DNA from: an uncultured Chloroflexia bacterium
Lineage (GTDB): Bacteria; Chloroflexota; Limnocylindria; Limnocylindrales; CSP1-4
Direction: 5' to 3'
Assembly: GCA_963833225.1 (NCBI GenBank)
Contig: CAWHXD010000006.1
Coordinates: 32,001 to 96,000, forward strand
DNA: 64,000 nucleotides
This document shows positions 40,049-51,376 of this stretch, one piece after another. Position 1 is the first letter of the stretch, and every line of letters begins with the position of its first letter. A program made the position numbers and the translations under genes. The notes under the pieces were generated by a model, which was not told the DNA's origin, did no database searches, and saw only the letters and a list, made by a program, of their open reading frames with translations.

Positions 40049-40749
40049 GCGGGTCCATCGTCTCCCCGGGGCTGCGGGCCAAGGTCCGCGGCCTCGCGGA
40101 ACCCGTCGGGCTCGCGATCGCGCGGACCGGGCTATCGCCCAACGCACTCACCGTGATCGGCTTCCTGATCGCCTGCGTCGCGGCCGTCGCCGCGGCGACC
40201 GGCGCGTGGCTCCCCGCCGGGCTGCTCGTGATCTTCGGCGGGATCTTCGACATGTTCGACGGCATGGTCGCGCGGGCCACGGGCAGGGTCAGCAAGGCCG
40301 GTGCCTTCCTCGACTCGGTCTTCGACCGCTGGGGGGAAGGTGTCGTCTACGCCGGGATCATCCTGGGCTGCATGGTCGAGCACTTTGACCTCGGGATCCT
40401 GCTTGCGGCTGTCGCCATGTCGAGCGCGTTCATGGTCAGCTACACGCGGGCCCGGGCCGAGAGCCTGGGCTTCGCGCCGCCGTCGGGCATGGCGGCCGTC
40501 GGTCTCGCGCCGCGCGAGGTCCGCCTGGTGATCCTCACCCTCGGCCTCGTGCTGGCCGGCCTCGTCGGCACGACGAACCCGCTCCTCCGCCTCGAGACCT
40601 TCGACCTTCCCTTTGGCATCGCCATCGCCAAGCCCTGGGCCGGCCAGATCTGGCTGTTCTGGAGCCTGGCCGCGATCGCCATCCTCGCGACCATCACCAC
40701 CATCCAGCGCATCGTCGTCACCCTGCGGCAAGCGTCCCGACAGGGCTAG
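40045..40749 (+). CDS. pgsA: CDP-alcohol phosphatidyltransferase, PI/PIP synthase-like
   Basis: [15 protein letters not shown]....[20 protein letters not shown]; next to ino1. Confidence 0.85.
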   Translation: MSGSIVSPGLRAKVRGLAEPVGLAIARTGLSPNALTVIGFLIACVAAVAAATGAWLPAGLLVIFGGIFDMFDGMVARATGRVSKAGAFLDSVFDRWGEGVVYAGIILGCMVEHFDLGILLAAVAMSSAFMVSYTRARAESLGFAPPSGMAAVGLAPREVRLVILTLGLVLAGLVGTTNPLLRLETFDLPFGIAIAKPWAGQIWLFWSLAAIAILATITTIQRIVVTLRQASRQG

Positions 40750-40768
40750 GCGACCCACGGAGATCCTC

Positions 40769-41958
<1,190 letters not shown>

Positions 41959-41962
<4 letters not shown>

Positions 41963-42990
41963 CCCAGCGCAAGGGCCTCGAGGCGCCGCACAAGCGCCTC
42001 GAGTCCACCCCACCGCGGATCGTGGAGAAGGCGGCGGTCATCGGCTACAAGTCGATGTCCGCCGTCCTCGCATTCACGCCGCCGGCGATCTCCCGCGTCG
42101 CCATCGGCGGCGGCTCGCAGCTCTCGTACCTGATCTGGCCGGCCAAGCGCCGGTTCTCCAACGTCAACTTCGGCCACGTGCTGGGCCTGCCTCCGTCCGA
42201 TCCACGGGTGACCCGCCTGGCGCTCCGTGCGTACCGGGAATACGCCCGCTACATGGTCGAGCTGATGCGGCTGCCGTCGCGCCCGCTCGAGGAGCTTGCC
42301 AACGGGCTCGAAGGCGACGGAGCCGACCGCATCGGCGCGCTCTGGCAGGATGGCGGGCACCCGGTGATCGTGGTCGCCGGCCACATCGGCAACAACGAGG
42401 CGGTGGCGGCGGCCCTCGCCCGGCGCGGCTACGCGGCCAATGTCGTCGCCGACGACTCCGCCTTCCCCGAGATCTTCGAGATCCTCCGCCAGCAGCGCGA
42501 GTCATGGGGCGTCCACGTCATCCCGTGGCGGAACCTGCGCGAGCTGTTCACGGTCCTGCGGCGCAAGGAGATCGTGGCCCTGCTCGTGGACTGGGGCTAC
42601 CGCAGCGACGGCATCCCGGTGAAGCTGTTCGACGCCTGGACGACGCTGCCGGCCGGCCCCGCCGTGCTCGCGGCCAAGACCGGCGCCCTGATCGCCCCGA
42701 TGGCGGTGCGCCGGACACCGGGCGGCAAGTTCCGCGTGGAGTCCGAGGAGGCGTTCGAGGTGCCGTCCTCCAATCCCGCCGACATCCAGCGGGCAACCCA
42801 GCGGATCGCGACCGCGCTGGAGGCAGCCATCCGCGCAGCGCCATCCCAGTGGTACAGCTTCAAGCCGGTGTGGCCGACCGATCCGGACGAGGCGGCCGAC
42901 CTGGAGGTGCGGGCCGCGGCGATGCTCGACGGCCGGCCGGACCCGGGCCCGTCGCTGGCCGCCCCCGTGGACGAGGCCGCACCGACGTGA
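41959..42990 (+). CDS. Acyltransferase, LpxL/PatA family, copy 1
   Basis: GHIGNNE, LRR.E.VALLVD, V.LF...TTLP.GPA.LA.KTGA, P.QW. Confidence 0.85.
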
Positions 42991-43946
42991 GCGTCCGGGG
43001 GTCGGCCATCCTCGTGGCGGCGCGGATCCTGTCCGGCCTCCCCGAGGCCCCGCTGGTCGCCGCTGCCGAGAGCCTGGGTGAGGTGTGGTACCGGGCGGCC
43101 CCGGATCGCGCCGCGCAGGCCAGGGCGAACCTGCAGCGCGTCTGCGAGGGGCTGGCCGCGCAGGGGAGGGGGACGAGCCTCGCCCAGCGGGCCGCCACGG
43201 ACCCCGATGCCCTCGAGCTGATGGTCCGGCGCTGCTTCCGGCACGCCGTCCGCTACTACCTCGAGGTCGCCCGGACGGGCAGCGTGGAGCCGTCCCGGGA
43301 GCTCGCCCGGATCGACGTGGAGACGCCGGACGCGGTGCGCGACGCGTTGCTGTCGGGCGCGCCGATCGTGCTCGTCGGCATGCACTTCGGCGCGATCGAG
43401 ATGCCGGCGGCCGTGGTGTCCAGCCTGGTCGGCCACCGGATCACGGCCCCCATGGAGGCCGTCGACGACCCGGCGCTCCGCCACTGGTTCGAGACCTCCC
43501 GGGGCCGCATGGGCGTGACCATCGTGCCGGTCAAGGACGCCAGGCGGGCGCTGGTGGCGGCGCTGCGCCGGCACGAGTCGATCGGGATCGTCAACGACCG
43601 TGACGTCTCCGGGACGGGCATCCCCGTCCCGTTCTTCGGGGCGCCGGCGCCGGTCTCCCCCGCACCCGCGCTGCTGGCGCTCGAGGGCGGCACGCCCGTG
43701 TACGTCGGCTCCGCCCGCCGGCTCAAGGGCGGACGCTACGCGGGCAAGCTGGTGCCGGTCCCGCTGCCTGCCGACGGCACCCGGCGCGAGAAGGTCACGG
43801 CCCTGACCGCGGGCATCGCCGGCGCCTTCGAGACGATCCTCGCCGACGCGCCGGAGCAGTGGTGGGGGGCGATGCACCCGATCTGGCCGGACCTCGCGAT
43901 CGGCGGAGCCCACCCCGCACCCGCCGGCGACGAGGCCTCGACGTGA
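42987..43946 (+). CDS. Acyltransferase, LpxL/PatA family, copy 2
   Basis: MHFGAIE, DRD.SG.G.PV.FFG, PALLA, PEQW....PIWPD. Confidence 0.85.
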   Translation: MSVRGSAILVAARILSGLPEAPLVAAAESLGEVWYRAAPDRAAQARANLQRVCEGLAAQGRGTSLAQRAATDPDALELMVRRCFRHAVRYYLEVARTGSVEPSRELARIDVETPDAVRDALLSGAPIVLVGMHFGAIEMPAAVVSSLVGHRITAPMEAVDDPALRHWFETSRGRMGVTIVPVKDARRALVAALRRHESIGIVNDRDVSGTGIPVPFFGAPAPVSPAPALLALEGGTPVYVGSARRLKGGRYAGKLVPVPLPADGTRREKVTALTAGIAGAFETILADAPEQWWGAMHPIWPDLAIGGAHPAPAGDEAST

Positions 43947-44773
43947 TCGACGAGCCGATCGTCCGCCTGGGGCGCGCGGACATGCACATCCACACCCTCG
44001 CCTCGGACGGCGTCTCGTCCGTGACCGAGGTCCTCGAGCGCGTCGAGGGTGAGGGCGTCCTCGATGTCATCGCCATCGCCGACCACGAGCGGATCGATGC
44101 CGCCGTTGCCGGGCGGCAGCTCGCCCGTGACCGGGGCCTGCGCGTGGAGGTGGTGGTGGGCGAGGAGATCTCCACCCGTGGCGGCCACCTCGTCGGGCTG
44201 TTCCTGGAGCGCCCCGTGCCACCGATGCGAAGCCTCCAGTGGTCGATCGAGGCGGTCCACGACCAGGGCGGCATCGCCATCCCGGCCCATCCGATGGTGC
44301 CCTACCCGATGTGCGCCCAGGCGTCGGCGCTGCGGCGGCTGCTGGCGTCGGACAACCCGGCCGTCCGACCCGACACGATCGAGACGTTCAATCCCACCGC
44401 GCTCGGCCGCTACCGCCACGATGCGGTCGTCCGGTTCGCGCGCGAGCACCACCTCCCGCTCGTGGGCAACAGCGATGCCCATATCGTGTCGGCCGTGGGC
44501 ACCTGCTGGACGACGTTCCCGGGTCGCACGGGCGAGGACTACCGCCGTGCCGTCGCCTCGGGGCTGACACGCCACCACGGCGCCTTCCACGGCTCGCTGG
44601 ACCAGCTCGGCGTGTACCGCTCCCAGCTCCGCAAGTACGCGGTGGGCTGGAAGGCGACCATCGGCGGCAAGGTCCGCCGCGACGGGACCGGGCGTGATCT
44701 CGGGTATCCGGGTGGCACGTTACGGCCGCCGCGCTACGATCCGCACGCAGACCAGGAGGACCGCGGCGCGTGA
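43943..44773 (+). CDS. PHP-domain metal-dependent phosphoesterase
   Basis: DMHIHT.ASDG, AIADHE, GEEI....GH, PAHP, GNSDAH. Confidence 0.88.
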   Translation: MIDEPIVRLGRADMHIHTLASDGVSSVTEVLERVEGEGVLDVIAIADHERIDAAVAGRQLARDRGLRVEVVVGEEISTRGGHLVGLFLERPVPPMRSLQWSIEAVHDQGGIAIPAHPMVPYPMCAQASALRRLLASDNPAVRPDTIETFNPTALGRYRHDAVVRFAREHHLPLVGNSDAHIVSAVGTCWTTFPGRTGEDYRRAVASGLTRHHGAFHGSLDQLGVYRSQLRKYAVGWKATIGGKVRRDGTGRDLGYPGGTLRPPRYDPHADQEDRGA

Positions 44774-45990
44774 AGATCGGGCTCGTCTCCCCGTACGTGT
44801 ACCCGCTCCCCGGCGGGGTGACCCAGCACGTCGGGTTCCTGTACGAGAACCTGCGCCTTCGCGGGCACGATGTCCGGATCCTGTCCGCGTCCCACGGTCT
44901 CCAGCGAGCCTCCGAGGGTGACGTGATCCGCCTCGGCAAGGGCTTCTCGATGCCCTCCAACGGGTCGGTCGGGACGATCACCCTCTCCCCTCGCTACGTG
45001 TCGCAGGCCAAGGAGCTCCTGGACCAGGAGCGCTTCGACGTCCTCCACTTCCACGAGCCGTTCGTGCCGTTCCTGTCCCTGGTGCTCCTGCGCGAGAGCC
45101 GGAGCGTGAACGTCGGCACCTTCCACGCCTACGGCGGCTGGTCACCCGCGTACGAGTTCGGCTCGCGGGCGCTCGAGGGATATGCGAAGCGCCTCCACGG
45201 CCGGATCGCGGTCTCGGCGGCCGCCCGCCACTTCATCGACCGCTACTTTCCCGGTGACTACAAGGTCATCCCCAACGGGGTCGACGTCACCCGCTTCCAG
45301 CGCGCGGTTCCCCTCACGCGCTGGCAGGACGGCACCCGGAACATCCTGTTCGTCGGGCGCTTCGAACCGCGCAAGGGCCTGCTGGAGCTCCTCAAGGCGT
45401 ACCGGGTCCTGCGCAAGCAGGGCTTCGACAACACCCGGCTGCTGCTCGTCGGCACCGGGCCCCAGGAGCGCGAGGCACGCCGGTACGTGGCCACGCGGCG
45501 GCTGGGTGGCGTGGAGTTCCTGGGCCGGGTGAGCGACGACGAGCGCAACCAGCTGTTCCGGACCGCGGACGTCTACGTCTCGCCCGCCACCGGGCGCGAG
45601 TCGTTCGGGATCGTCCTGCTCGAGGCCATGGCCGCGGGCGCCCCGATCGTCGCCTCGGACATCCACGGCTACAAGGGCGTCGTGCGCCGCGGCCAGGAGG
45701 CCCTGCTCGTCCCGCCCAAGGAGCCGGAGGCCCTGGCCGAGGCCATCGGGAGGCTGCTGACGGACCGCGACCTGGCCGCATCGATGACCGAGGCCGGCCC
45801 GCTTCGTGCCGAGGAGTTCAGCTGGCCCCGGGTGACCGCGAAGGTGGACGACTACTACGGGTTCGTGATCCGCCGGCTGGAGGCCGCGGGGGCGCTGCCC
45901 GCGCACTTCTCCGCCGAGGTGCCGCCCTCGCCGCGCGCCGCCGGCGCCGGCGAAGCTCCGGACCCATCGGCGGCCCAGCCGTCAGGGTGA
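44770..45990 (+). CDS. GT4 glycosyltransferase, PimA-like
   Basis: MKIGLVSPY...PGGV..HV, NGS, DVLHFHEP..P.LS, RIAVS.AA, IPNGVD, EPRKG, ESFGIVLLEAMAAG. Confidence 0.85.
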   Translation: MKIGLVSPYVYPLPGGVTQHVGFLYENLRLRGHDVRILSASHGLQRASEGDVIRLGKGFSMPSNGSVGTITLSPRYVSQAKELLDQERFDVLHFHEPFVPFLSLVLLRESRSVNVGTFHAYGGWSPAYEFGSRALEGYAKRLHGRIAVSAAARHFIDRYFPGDYKVIPNGVDVTRFQRAVPLTRWQDGTRNILFVGRFEPRKGLLELLKAYRVLRKQGFDNTRLLLVGTGPQEREARRYVATRRLGGVEFLGRVSDDERNQLFRTADVYVSPATGRESFGIVLLEAMAAGAPIVASDIHGYKGVVRRGQEALLVPPKEPEALAEAIGRLLTDRDLAASMTEAGPLRAEEFSWPRVTAKVDDYYGFVIRRLEAAGALPAHFSAEVPPSPRAAGAGEAPDPSAAQPSG

Positions 45991-48900
45991 GCCCGCCTCA
46001 CCGGCCTCACCGGCCGGGCCGGCGTCGTCCTCGTCACCCTCGATGAGCGCCTGGCGCCACGCCCACGCGGAGTAGGCGATGACGGCGCAGGCCACCGCCA
46101 GGAACGCGACCAGGACCAGGAACTTCGGGTCAGAGAAGGTCGTCTCCGGGCGCGGCGTGGTGTTCACGCTGAACTGGAAGGCGTACAGGTAGGTCGGCAG
46201 CAGCCCCTGGTACGCGTTCACGATCGTCGACGGCATCGCGAGCGCGGAGATGTTCGGGTAGAGGATCACGAACCAGGCGGCTGCGGCGGCAACGAGCCCG
46301 GCCACGAACCGCCGGGCATCCCGGGCCGTGAGCACCTGGAGCGCGATGAGCCCCAGGGGCACCGCCGCGACGAGCGCGATGATCTCGGGCACCACGCCGT
46401 TCACGGTGAACAGCGGATCGGCGTCGGGGAGGAGGCGGGCGATGGCGAGCGCCGTGCCCCCGACCGCCGCCGTGGCAACGATCGGCAGCAGGTCGCGGCC
46501 GGTGAAGGGCCGCTCGTCGGTCCTCGGCCGCCCGAGACCAACCAGCTGCCAGACAAGCACGATCACCGTGATGATGGCGATGACCGCCATCGCCCCGGTG
46601 GCCGGCGTCACCACGAGATTGCCGGGGTTCCCGTTGCAGGCCTGGGAGCCCGGGTTGACCGACTCCACGCCGGCGATCGCGCACAGCGGGTAGCGCAGGA
46701 GCCACAGGATCACTGGCCCCATGAGCGCGACGGCCGCCGCGACGCGGGCCAGCAGCCACGTCCGCCGCGAGGGCCCGTTCCAGATCTCGGCCACGAAGTA
46801 GCCCAGCGCCAGGACCACGAACGGCAGGCTCGTGTAGTAGTGGTACTCGAAGGCGGCGCGGTCGATGCGGGCCCAGCTGACCCATTGGGCCAGGAACGCG
46901 ACCAGGATCAGCGCGAGACCGAGGCTGCGGCGCCGGAACGCCTGGTAGGCAACGAACAGCATGGCCGGGATCCCCAGCCACCAGATCACCAGGTTGCCCG
47001 CGTCGTAGATCGAGGCCGCCGTGCCGCCGGCATAGCCGCCCTGGTAGAACCAGACGGGCTTGAGGTTGAGCGGCCAGGCCCACCACGGGGAGCTTGCCGC
47101 GTGCGCGGCGGTCAGGCCATTGTGATAGTCGTACATGCGCCCCGTCAGGCCCAGCAGCGTCTCGCCCGTGTGGCCCGGCGGCCAGCCCTCGACGATCTGC
47201 TGGTTGACGCCGTTGAACGCCCAGGGCAGGTACGAGACCACGTACACCGCGAGCGGGATGACCAGCAGCGACACGGCGAGCCAGATCGTCGGCAGGCCGA
47301 GACCCCAGCCGATGCGCACCCAGCCGCCCGGCGCCGGCGATGCGGGCGGCGGGACCCCGGCCCGGTCGCTCGCCTCGGCCGGGACGGGGTCGGCAGCCAT
47401 CGGCCCCACGCCAAGGCGGCCCCCGAGGGCGAACGCCGCGTAGGCAGCGATGCCCACGACGACCAGCGCGAAGCCGGCCTCCAGCGCGGTGAACTGCGCC
47501 GGGCCGATCGCCAGCGTGTCCCCGGCCTTGCCCATCGCGATCGCGGTCAGCGCGACCAGGAGGCCGACGACCGCGGGCGCGCCGATGGCGAACCTGACCT
47601 CGTCGCCCGACCAGGCGACCGGCCGGTAGACGGTGATCACGACGGCGGCGAGGGTCAGGCCGATCATGATCAGCACGAACGGCAGGTTCCCGGCCCCGCC
47701 CGTCGCGGCCGGGACGGCCAGGGCGATCCAGCCCAGCAGCGCGGTGATGCTCAGCATGCCCAGGATCAGCAGCATCCGTCCCAGCGCGGTGCGCATCAGG
47801 ACCAGGATCCCCAGAGCCCCGATCGCGTACGCGGCCACCCACTTGGACGCCAGGGCCAGCCCGAGCAGGACCCCCATCGCCGGCGCGACCACCCAGAACG
47901 CGCGCTTGACGCGTTCGGGTTCCAGCCACAGCCACGCGAACAACAGGTAGGCGGCGAGGATGAAGAAGCCGGTGTAGACGTCGTTCATCGCGATCCGGCT
48001 CTGGACGAAGAACATGCCGTCGAGCAGGACGAACAGCCCCACGAGCACGGCCACGGCCCGCCGCGCGAACAGCACCCGGCCCAGCAGGTAGAGCACCGCC
48101 AGCGTGAGCGCCCCGAGGATCACCCCCGGCAGCCGCCAGGCGAACTGGTAGGAGCCGACGTCCATCGACGCGGTCTCGCCGCCTCCGCCCAGCGCGAGCA
48201 GGTCCCCGTGGCTGGTGGACGGCCACTCCTTGTTGTGGTCAAGGACGAGCGCCGCCGGCAGGAAGGGCAGCGGGTGGTCCGCGAACACGCTCTTGCCGTG
48301 CGGCTCGATCACGTACACGGTTGTGCCCGAGTCGTCCGGCATTCGGCCCAGGATCTCGACCATCTCCGCGGCATCGTCGTAGATCACCGCTGTCCCGGCC
48401 CCCGGCAGCGGGTTGGAGCCACACCAGCCGCAGCCCGCCGTGGGCCCCGTCGCGGCGGCATCGCCGGTGATCTGGATGACCGTGTAGCCGGGATCGCCGG
48501 TCTGCGCATCGACCGTGGTGGCGTAGACCTGTGAGCCCTCGTCGACCCCGGTGACCTGGGCGAGCCCCCTGGCTCCACCGGGGAGGTCCTGCTCCGCGAA
48601 GACCCGCCCCTCGGCGTCGATGAAGGTCACGCCCCCGGAGCCGGCGACGGCCATCGTGGGGACGGGCTGGAACTCGATGCCGGGCAGGTCGCCGGCGTCC
48701 ATGGCGCTCTTGAGGTCGCTCCGCTCCTGCGACGTGGGGTTCGCGTCGATCCGGACGGTGTCCGCGTCCGTGGCGGTGAGCGCAGCGAGATAGACCGCCT
48801 CGTCGCCCCCGATCAGCTCAGCGAGCCGCGCGGCAGCGGCTGGCGGGTCCTCCACCAGCGCCGGCACGGCCATCAGCGCCCGGACATCGTCCACTCCGGC

Positions 48901-51351
48901 GAGGTCGGACGCGCCCGGGATGGACACGGTGCCCACGACCTCGCCCGACTCGATCCCCAACACGTCGACCGCGCCGTCGGCGGTGATCGCGACCGCGAGC
49001 GCCCCGCCCTGGAACGGCTCGAGACGGACGACCGGTGAGCCGAGCGTGCCCACCGGGAGCGGGTCGACCACGGGCGAGGACGGGTCCGCGGACCGGTCGA
49101 GGTCCAGCGCGGTCGTGTCCAAGGCCAGCACCTCGCCACCGTCGGTGCCGACCAGGAGCCGAAGGCTGTTGTCGTCGAAGGCGACGACACTGGCGCCAGG
49201 CACCGACCAGCGGGCGGCCACGTCACGCGTGGCGAGGTCGTAGGCGATCAGCTCGGTCCCGGTGGCGACCCACACCCGCCCCCCGGCCATCGCGCCGGTC
49301 CCGGCGGGGTCCTCGCGGCGCGGTTCGATCAACGCGTCGCGGACCGGGACGCCGAGATCACCCGTGGCCTTCAGGTCCTGGCCGGCGAACGCCACGATGC
49401 CGGCGGCCATCGCGTACTTGGCGAGATGCGGGTGGGTCCACTCGTAGATGTCGTGCGGGATCCCATAGCGCCAGTCCTGGAGGAACTCCGCCGCCGTGCG
49501 CGCGTGGTACACCTCGTCGAAGTGCATTCGCGACGGGTCCTCGAGCCGGTACGTCCGGAGCACGAGCGCGGCGACCACGAGCACCAGCACCAGGAACAGG
49601 TCCCGCCGGTCCACCCGGCCGCGTCCCTCGCCGGCCAGCAACCACGAGCGGTCCGGGCGGATGGGCGTCTCGGCGATGCGGGCGCGAAGCCACGCGATCG
49701 GACCCATCTCGGTCCAGGACGGACGGTCGTACCAGGCCGGGACCAGGCCGGAGGCGTCAGCCGGTCCCGCGCTGGCGCCGGCGGCGCCCAACGCCCGGGC
49801 GGCGGCGGCCCGCCCACCCGCCCGGGACACACCCGGATCAGCGCCGGCCGGCGCCGTTGGTTCGTCCTCGGCATGCGCGACCGCCAGCTCGCCCGCCAGC
49901 CGGCGCCGAGCAGCCGGCCGGAGCTGGAGCAATGCCCACAGGAACACCAGCGAATGGGCGACGGCGATCGCCACGATCCCCGGCGTGGTCGTGATCAGCC
50001 CGGCGATCCCCAGCCAGTCGGTGACCTGTGGCGTGCCGTACTGGTAGGCGACCAGGATCGCGTACATGTTGAGGAAGGTCGCGGTCGCGGCGACGACGTA
50101 GGCCAGCTTCCAGCGCATCGAGACCGCGAACAGCACCCCAGCCAGGCCGAAGAACGGGAACAGGTACCGCTCGTGGACCCGTGTCGGGGCGGCGAAGAAG
50201 GCGATCGCAAGCACCGTGACGCCGACCAGGATCGTCAGCCGGTCCGGCCGCCGGGCGACCAGCCAGGCAACGAGCGCGGCGGTGCCCAGCAGCAGGGCCG
50301 CGCCGACCAGCGCCGCCGGGACGGGCCCGATGGCCCCCCACGCGGACGCGTCCGGAACCGGTGAATCCGGGATCCACAGAATGAACGCCTTGGACGCCAC
50401 ACTTTCACCCCCGACCGGGAACAACGCCCACCAGTTGAACGCGTTGACGGTCAGGTACGGATAGGTCGCGGCGGTGCTGAAGATCAGCCGGATCAGCGAC
50501 GAATCGATGAATGGGGCCGTCGCCGACGGCCACAGCACGCTCAGGCCGAACGGCGTCGCCAGGGCCAGGGCCGTGAGGTATCCCGCCAGCCCGGTGGTCA
50601 GGATGCGCCGCCAGCCGATCTGACGGAACTCCCAGGCAAATCCACGCCGAGGCGGGTCGGCCTCGCCTCCGTAGCCCCCCGCCGGCCACAGCGCGCGCCG
50701 GATCGCAACCACCGCGACGATCGGCACCAGGATCGCGAGCTGCGGCTTGATCAGGCCCGCGATGACGGCGAGGATCGCCGCCCGCTCGTGACGCCCCCGC
50801 CACAGCTCGCGCACGCCGAGGAGCAGGAACACGGTTCCGAAGCTGTCCACCTGGCCCCAGATGACCGAGTCGAACCAGGTCAGCGGGTTGAAGGCGACGA
50901 CGGCTGCCGCGATCAGCGCCCGGCGGCGCGAGACGCCGAGCTCCAGCGCCATGGACGCCACCAGCCAGGCCAGCAGGACGTCGGTGATGATCGCCGGCAG
51001 CTTGATGAAGCTGTCCACGATGTCGGCCGGCAGGCCGGTCGCGAAGCCGATGTCCCGCAGGGCGCCGACGATCCACAGCACGTAGAGGTAGCCCGGGGTG
51101 TAGTCCGCGTACGAGGCATTGGCGTAGAAGCCCCAGGGCGCGTGTTCCGCGAGGACGTCCGCCCAGTACCGGAACAGGCCGAGGTCGGCACCGAACCCGG
51201 ACCCGCGAAGTCCGTCGATGCCGTATGCCAGAATCAACCGGAAGATCAGGGCGGTCGCGAGAATGACCGCGATCTGCCGGCCGATGCCTCGCCGGGGGGC
51301 CTCGTCCGTCGTCGACTCCCGGTCGGGCGCACCCGAACCCGAAGCGGTCAC
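45982..51351 (-). CDS. Giant (~1,790 aa) membrane protein: N-terminal GT-C domain plus PMT/GT39-like domain with a large soluble insertion
   Basis: DYTPGY, IKLP.I..D, WGQVDS, KPQ, HERYLFP; then FDEVYH, EWTHPHLAK, WRLP, QSRIAMND, ASKW, H...SPWW.WP, GN..IWW, F.YHY; GTG start chosen by eye. Confidence 0.85.
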   Translation of the reverse strand: MTASGSGAPDRESTTDEAPRRGIGRQIAVILATALIFRLILAYGIDGLRGSGFGADLGLFRYWADVLAEHAPWGFYANASYADYTPGYLYVLWIVGALRDIGFATGLPADIVDSFIKLPAIITDVLLAWLVASMALELGVSRRRALIAAAVVAFNPLTWFDSVIWGQVDSFGTVFLLLGVRELWRGRHERAAILAVIAGLIKPQLAILVPIVAVVAIRRALWPAGGYGGEADPPRRGFAWEFRQIGWRRILTTGLAGYLTALALATPFGLSVLWPSATAPFIDSSLIRLIFSTAATYPYLTVNAFNWWALFPVGGESVASKAFILWIPDSPVPDASAWGAIGPVPAALVGAALLLGTAALVAWLVARRPDRLTILVGVTVLAIAFFAAPTRVHERYLFPFFGLAGVLFAVSMRWKLAYVVAATATFLNMYAILVAYQYGTPQVTDWLGIAGLITTTPGIVAIAVAHSLVFLWALLQLRPAARRRLAGELAVAHAEDEPTAPAGADPGVSRAGGRAAAARALGAAGASAGPADASGLVPAWYDRPSWTEMGPIAWLRARIAETPIRPDRSWLLAGEGRGRVDRRDLFLVLVLVVAALVLRTYRLEDPSRMHFDEVYHARTAAEFLQDWRYGIPHDIYEWTHPHLAKYAMAAGIVAFAGQDLKATGDLGVPVRDALIEPRREDPAGTGAMAGGRVWVATGTELIAYDLATRDVAARWSVPGASVVAFDDNSLRLLVGTDGGEVLALDTTALDLDRSADPSSPVVDPLPVGTLGSPVVRLEPFQGGALAVAITADGAVDVLGIESGEVVGTVSIPGASDLAGVDDVRALMAVPALVEDPPAAAARLAELIGGDEAVYLAALTATDADTVRIDANPTSQERSDLKSAMDAGDLPGIEFQPVPTMAVAGSGGVTFIDAEGRVFAEQDLPGGARGLAQVTGVDEGSQVYATTVDAQTGDPGYTVIQITGDAAATGPTAGCGWCGSNPLPGAGTAVIYDDAAEMVEILGRMPDDSGTTVYVIEPHGKSVFADHPLPFLPAALVLDHNKEWPSTSHGDLLALGGGGETASMDVGSYQFAWRLPGVILGALTLAVLYLLGRVLFARRAVAVLVGLFVLLDGMFFVQSRIAMNDVYTGFFILAAYLLFAWLWLEPERVKRAFWVVAPAMGVLLGLALASKWVAAYAIGALGILVLMRTALGRMLLILGMLSITALLGWIALAVPAATGGAGNLPFVLIMIGLTLAAVVITVYRPVAWSGDEVRFAIGAPAVVGLLVALTAIAMGKAGDTLAIGPAQFTALEAGFALVVVGIAAYAAFALGGRLGVGPMAADPVPAEASDRAGVPPPASPAPGGWVRIGWGLGLPTIWLAVSLLVIPLAVYVVSYLPWAFNGVNQQIVEGWPPGHTGETLLGLTGRMYDYHNGLTAAHAASSPWWAWPLNLKPVWFYQGGYAGGTAASIYDAGNLVIWWLGIPAMLFVAYQAFRRRSLGLALILVAFLAQWVSWARIDRAAFEYHYYTSLPFVVLALGYFVAEIWNGPSRRTWLLARVAAAVALMGPVILWLLRYPLCAIAGVESVNPGSQACNGNPGNLVVTPATGAMAVIAIITVIVLVWQLVGLGRPRTDERPFTGRDLLPIVATAAVGGTALAIARLLPDADPLFTVNGVVPEIIALVAAVPLGLIALQVLTARDARRFVAGLVAAAAAWFVILYPNISALAMPSTIVNAYQGLLPTYLYAFQFSVNTTPRPETTFSDPKFLVLVAFLAVACAVIAYSAWAWRQALIEGDEDDAGPAGEAGEAGSP

Positions 51352-51376
51352 GGGAAAGCCTCGTACGAGCGTTGAA

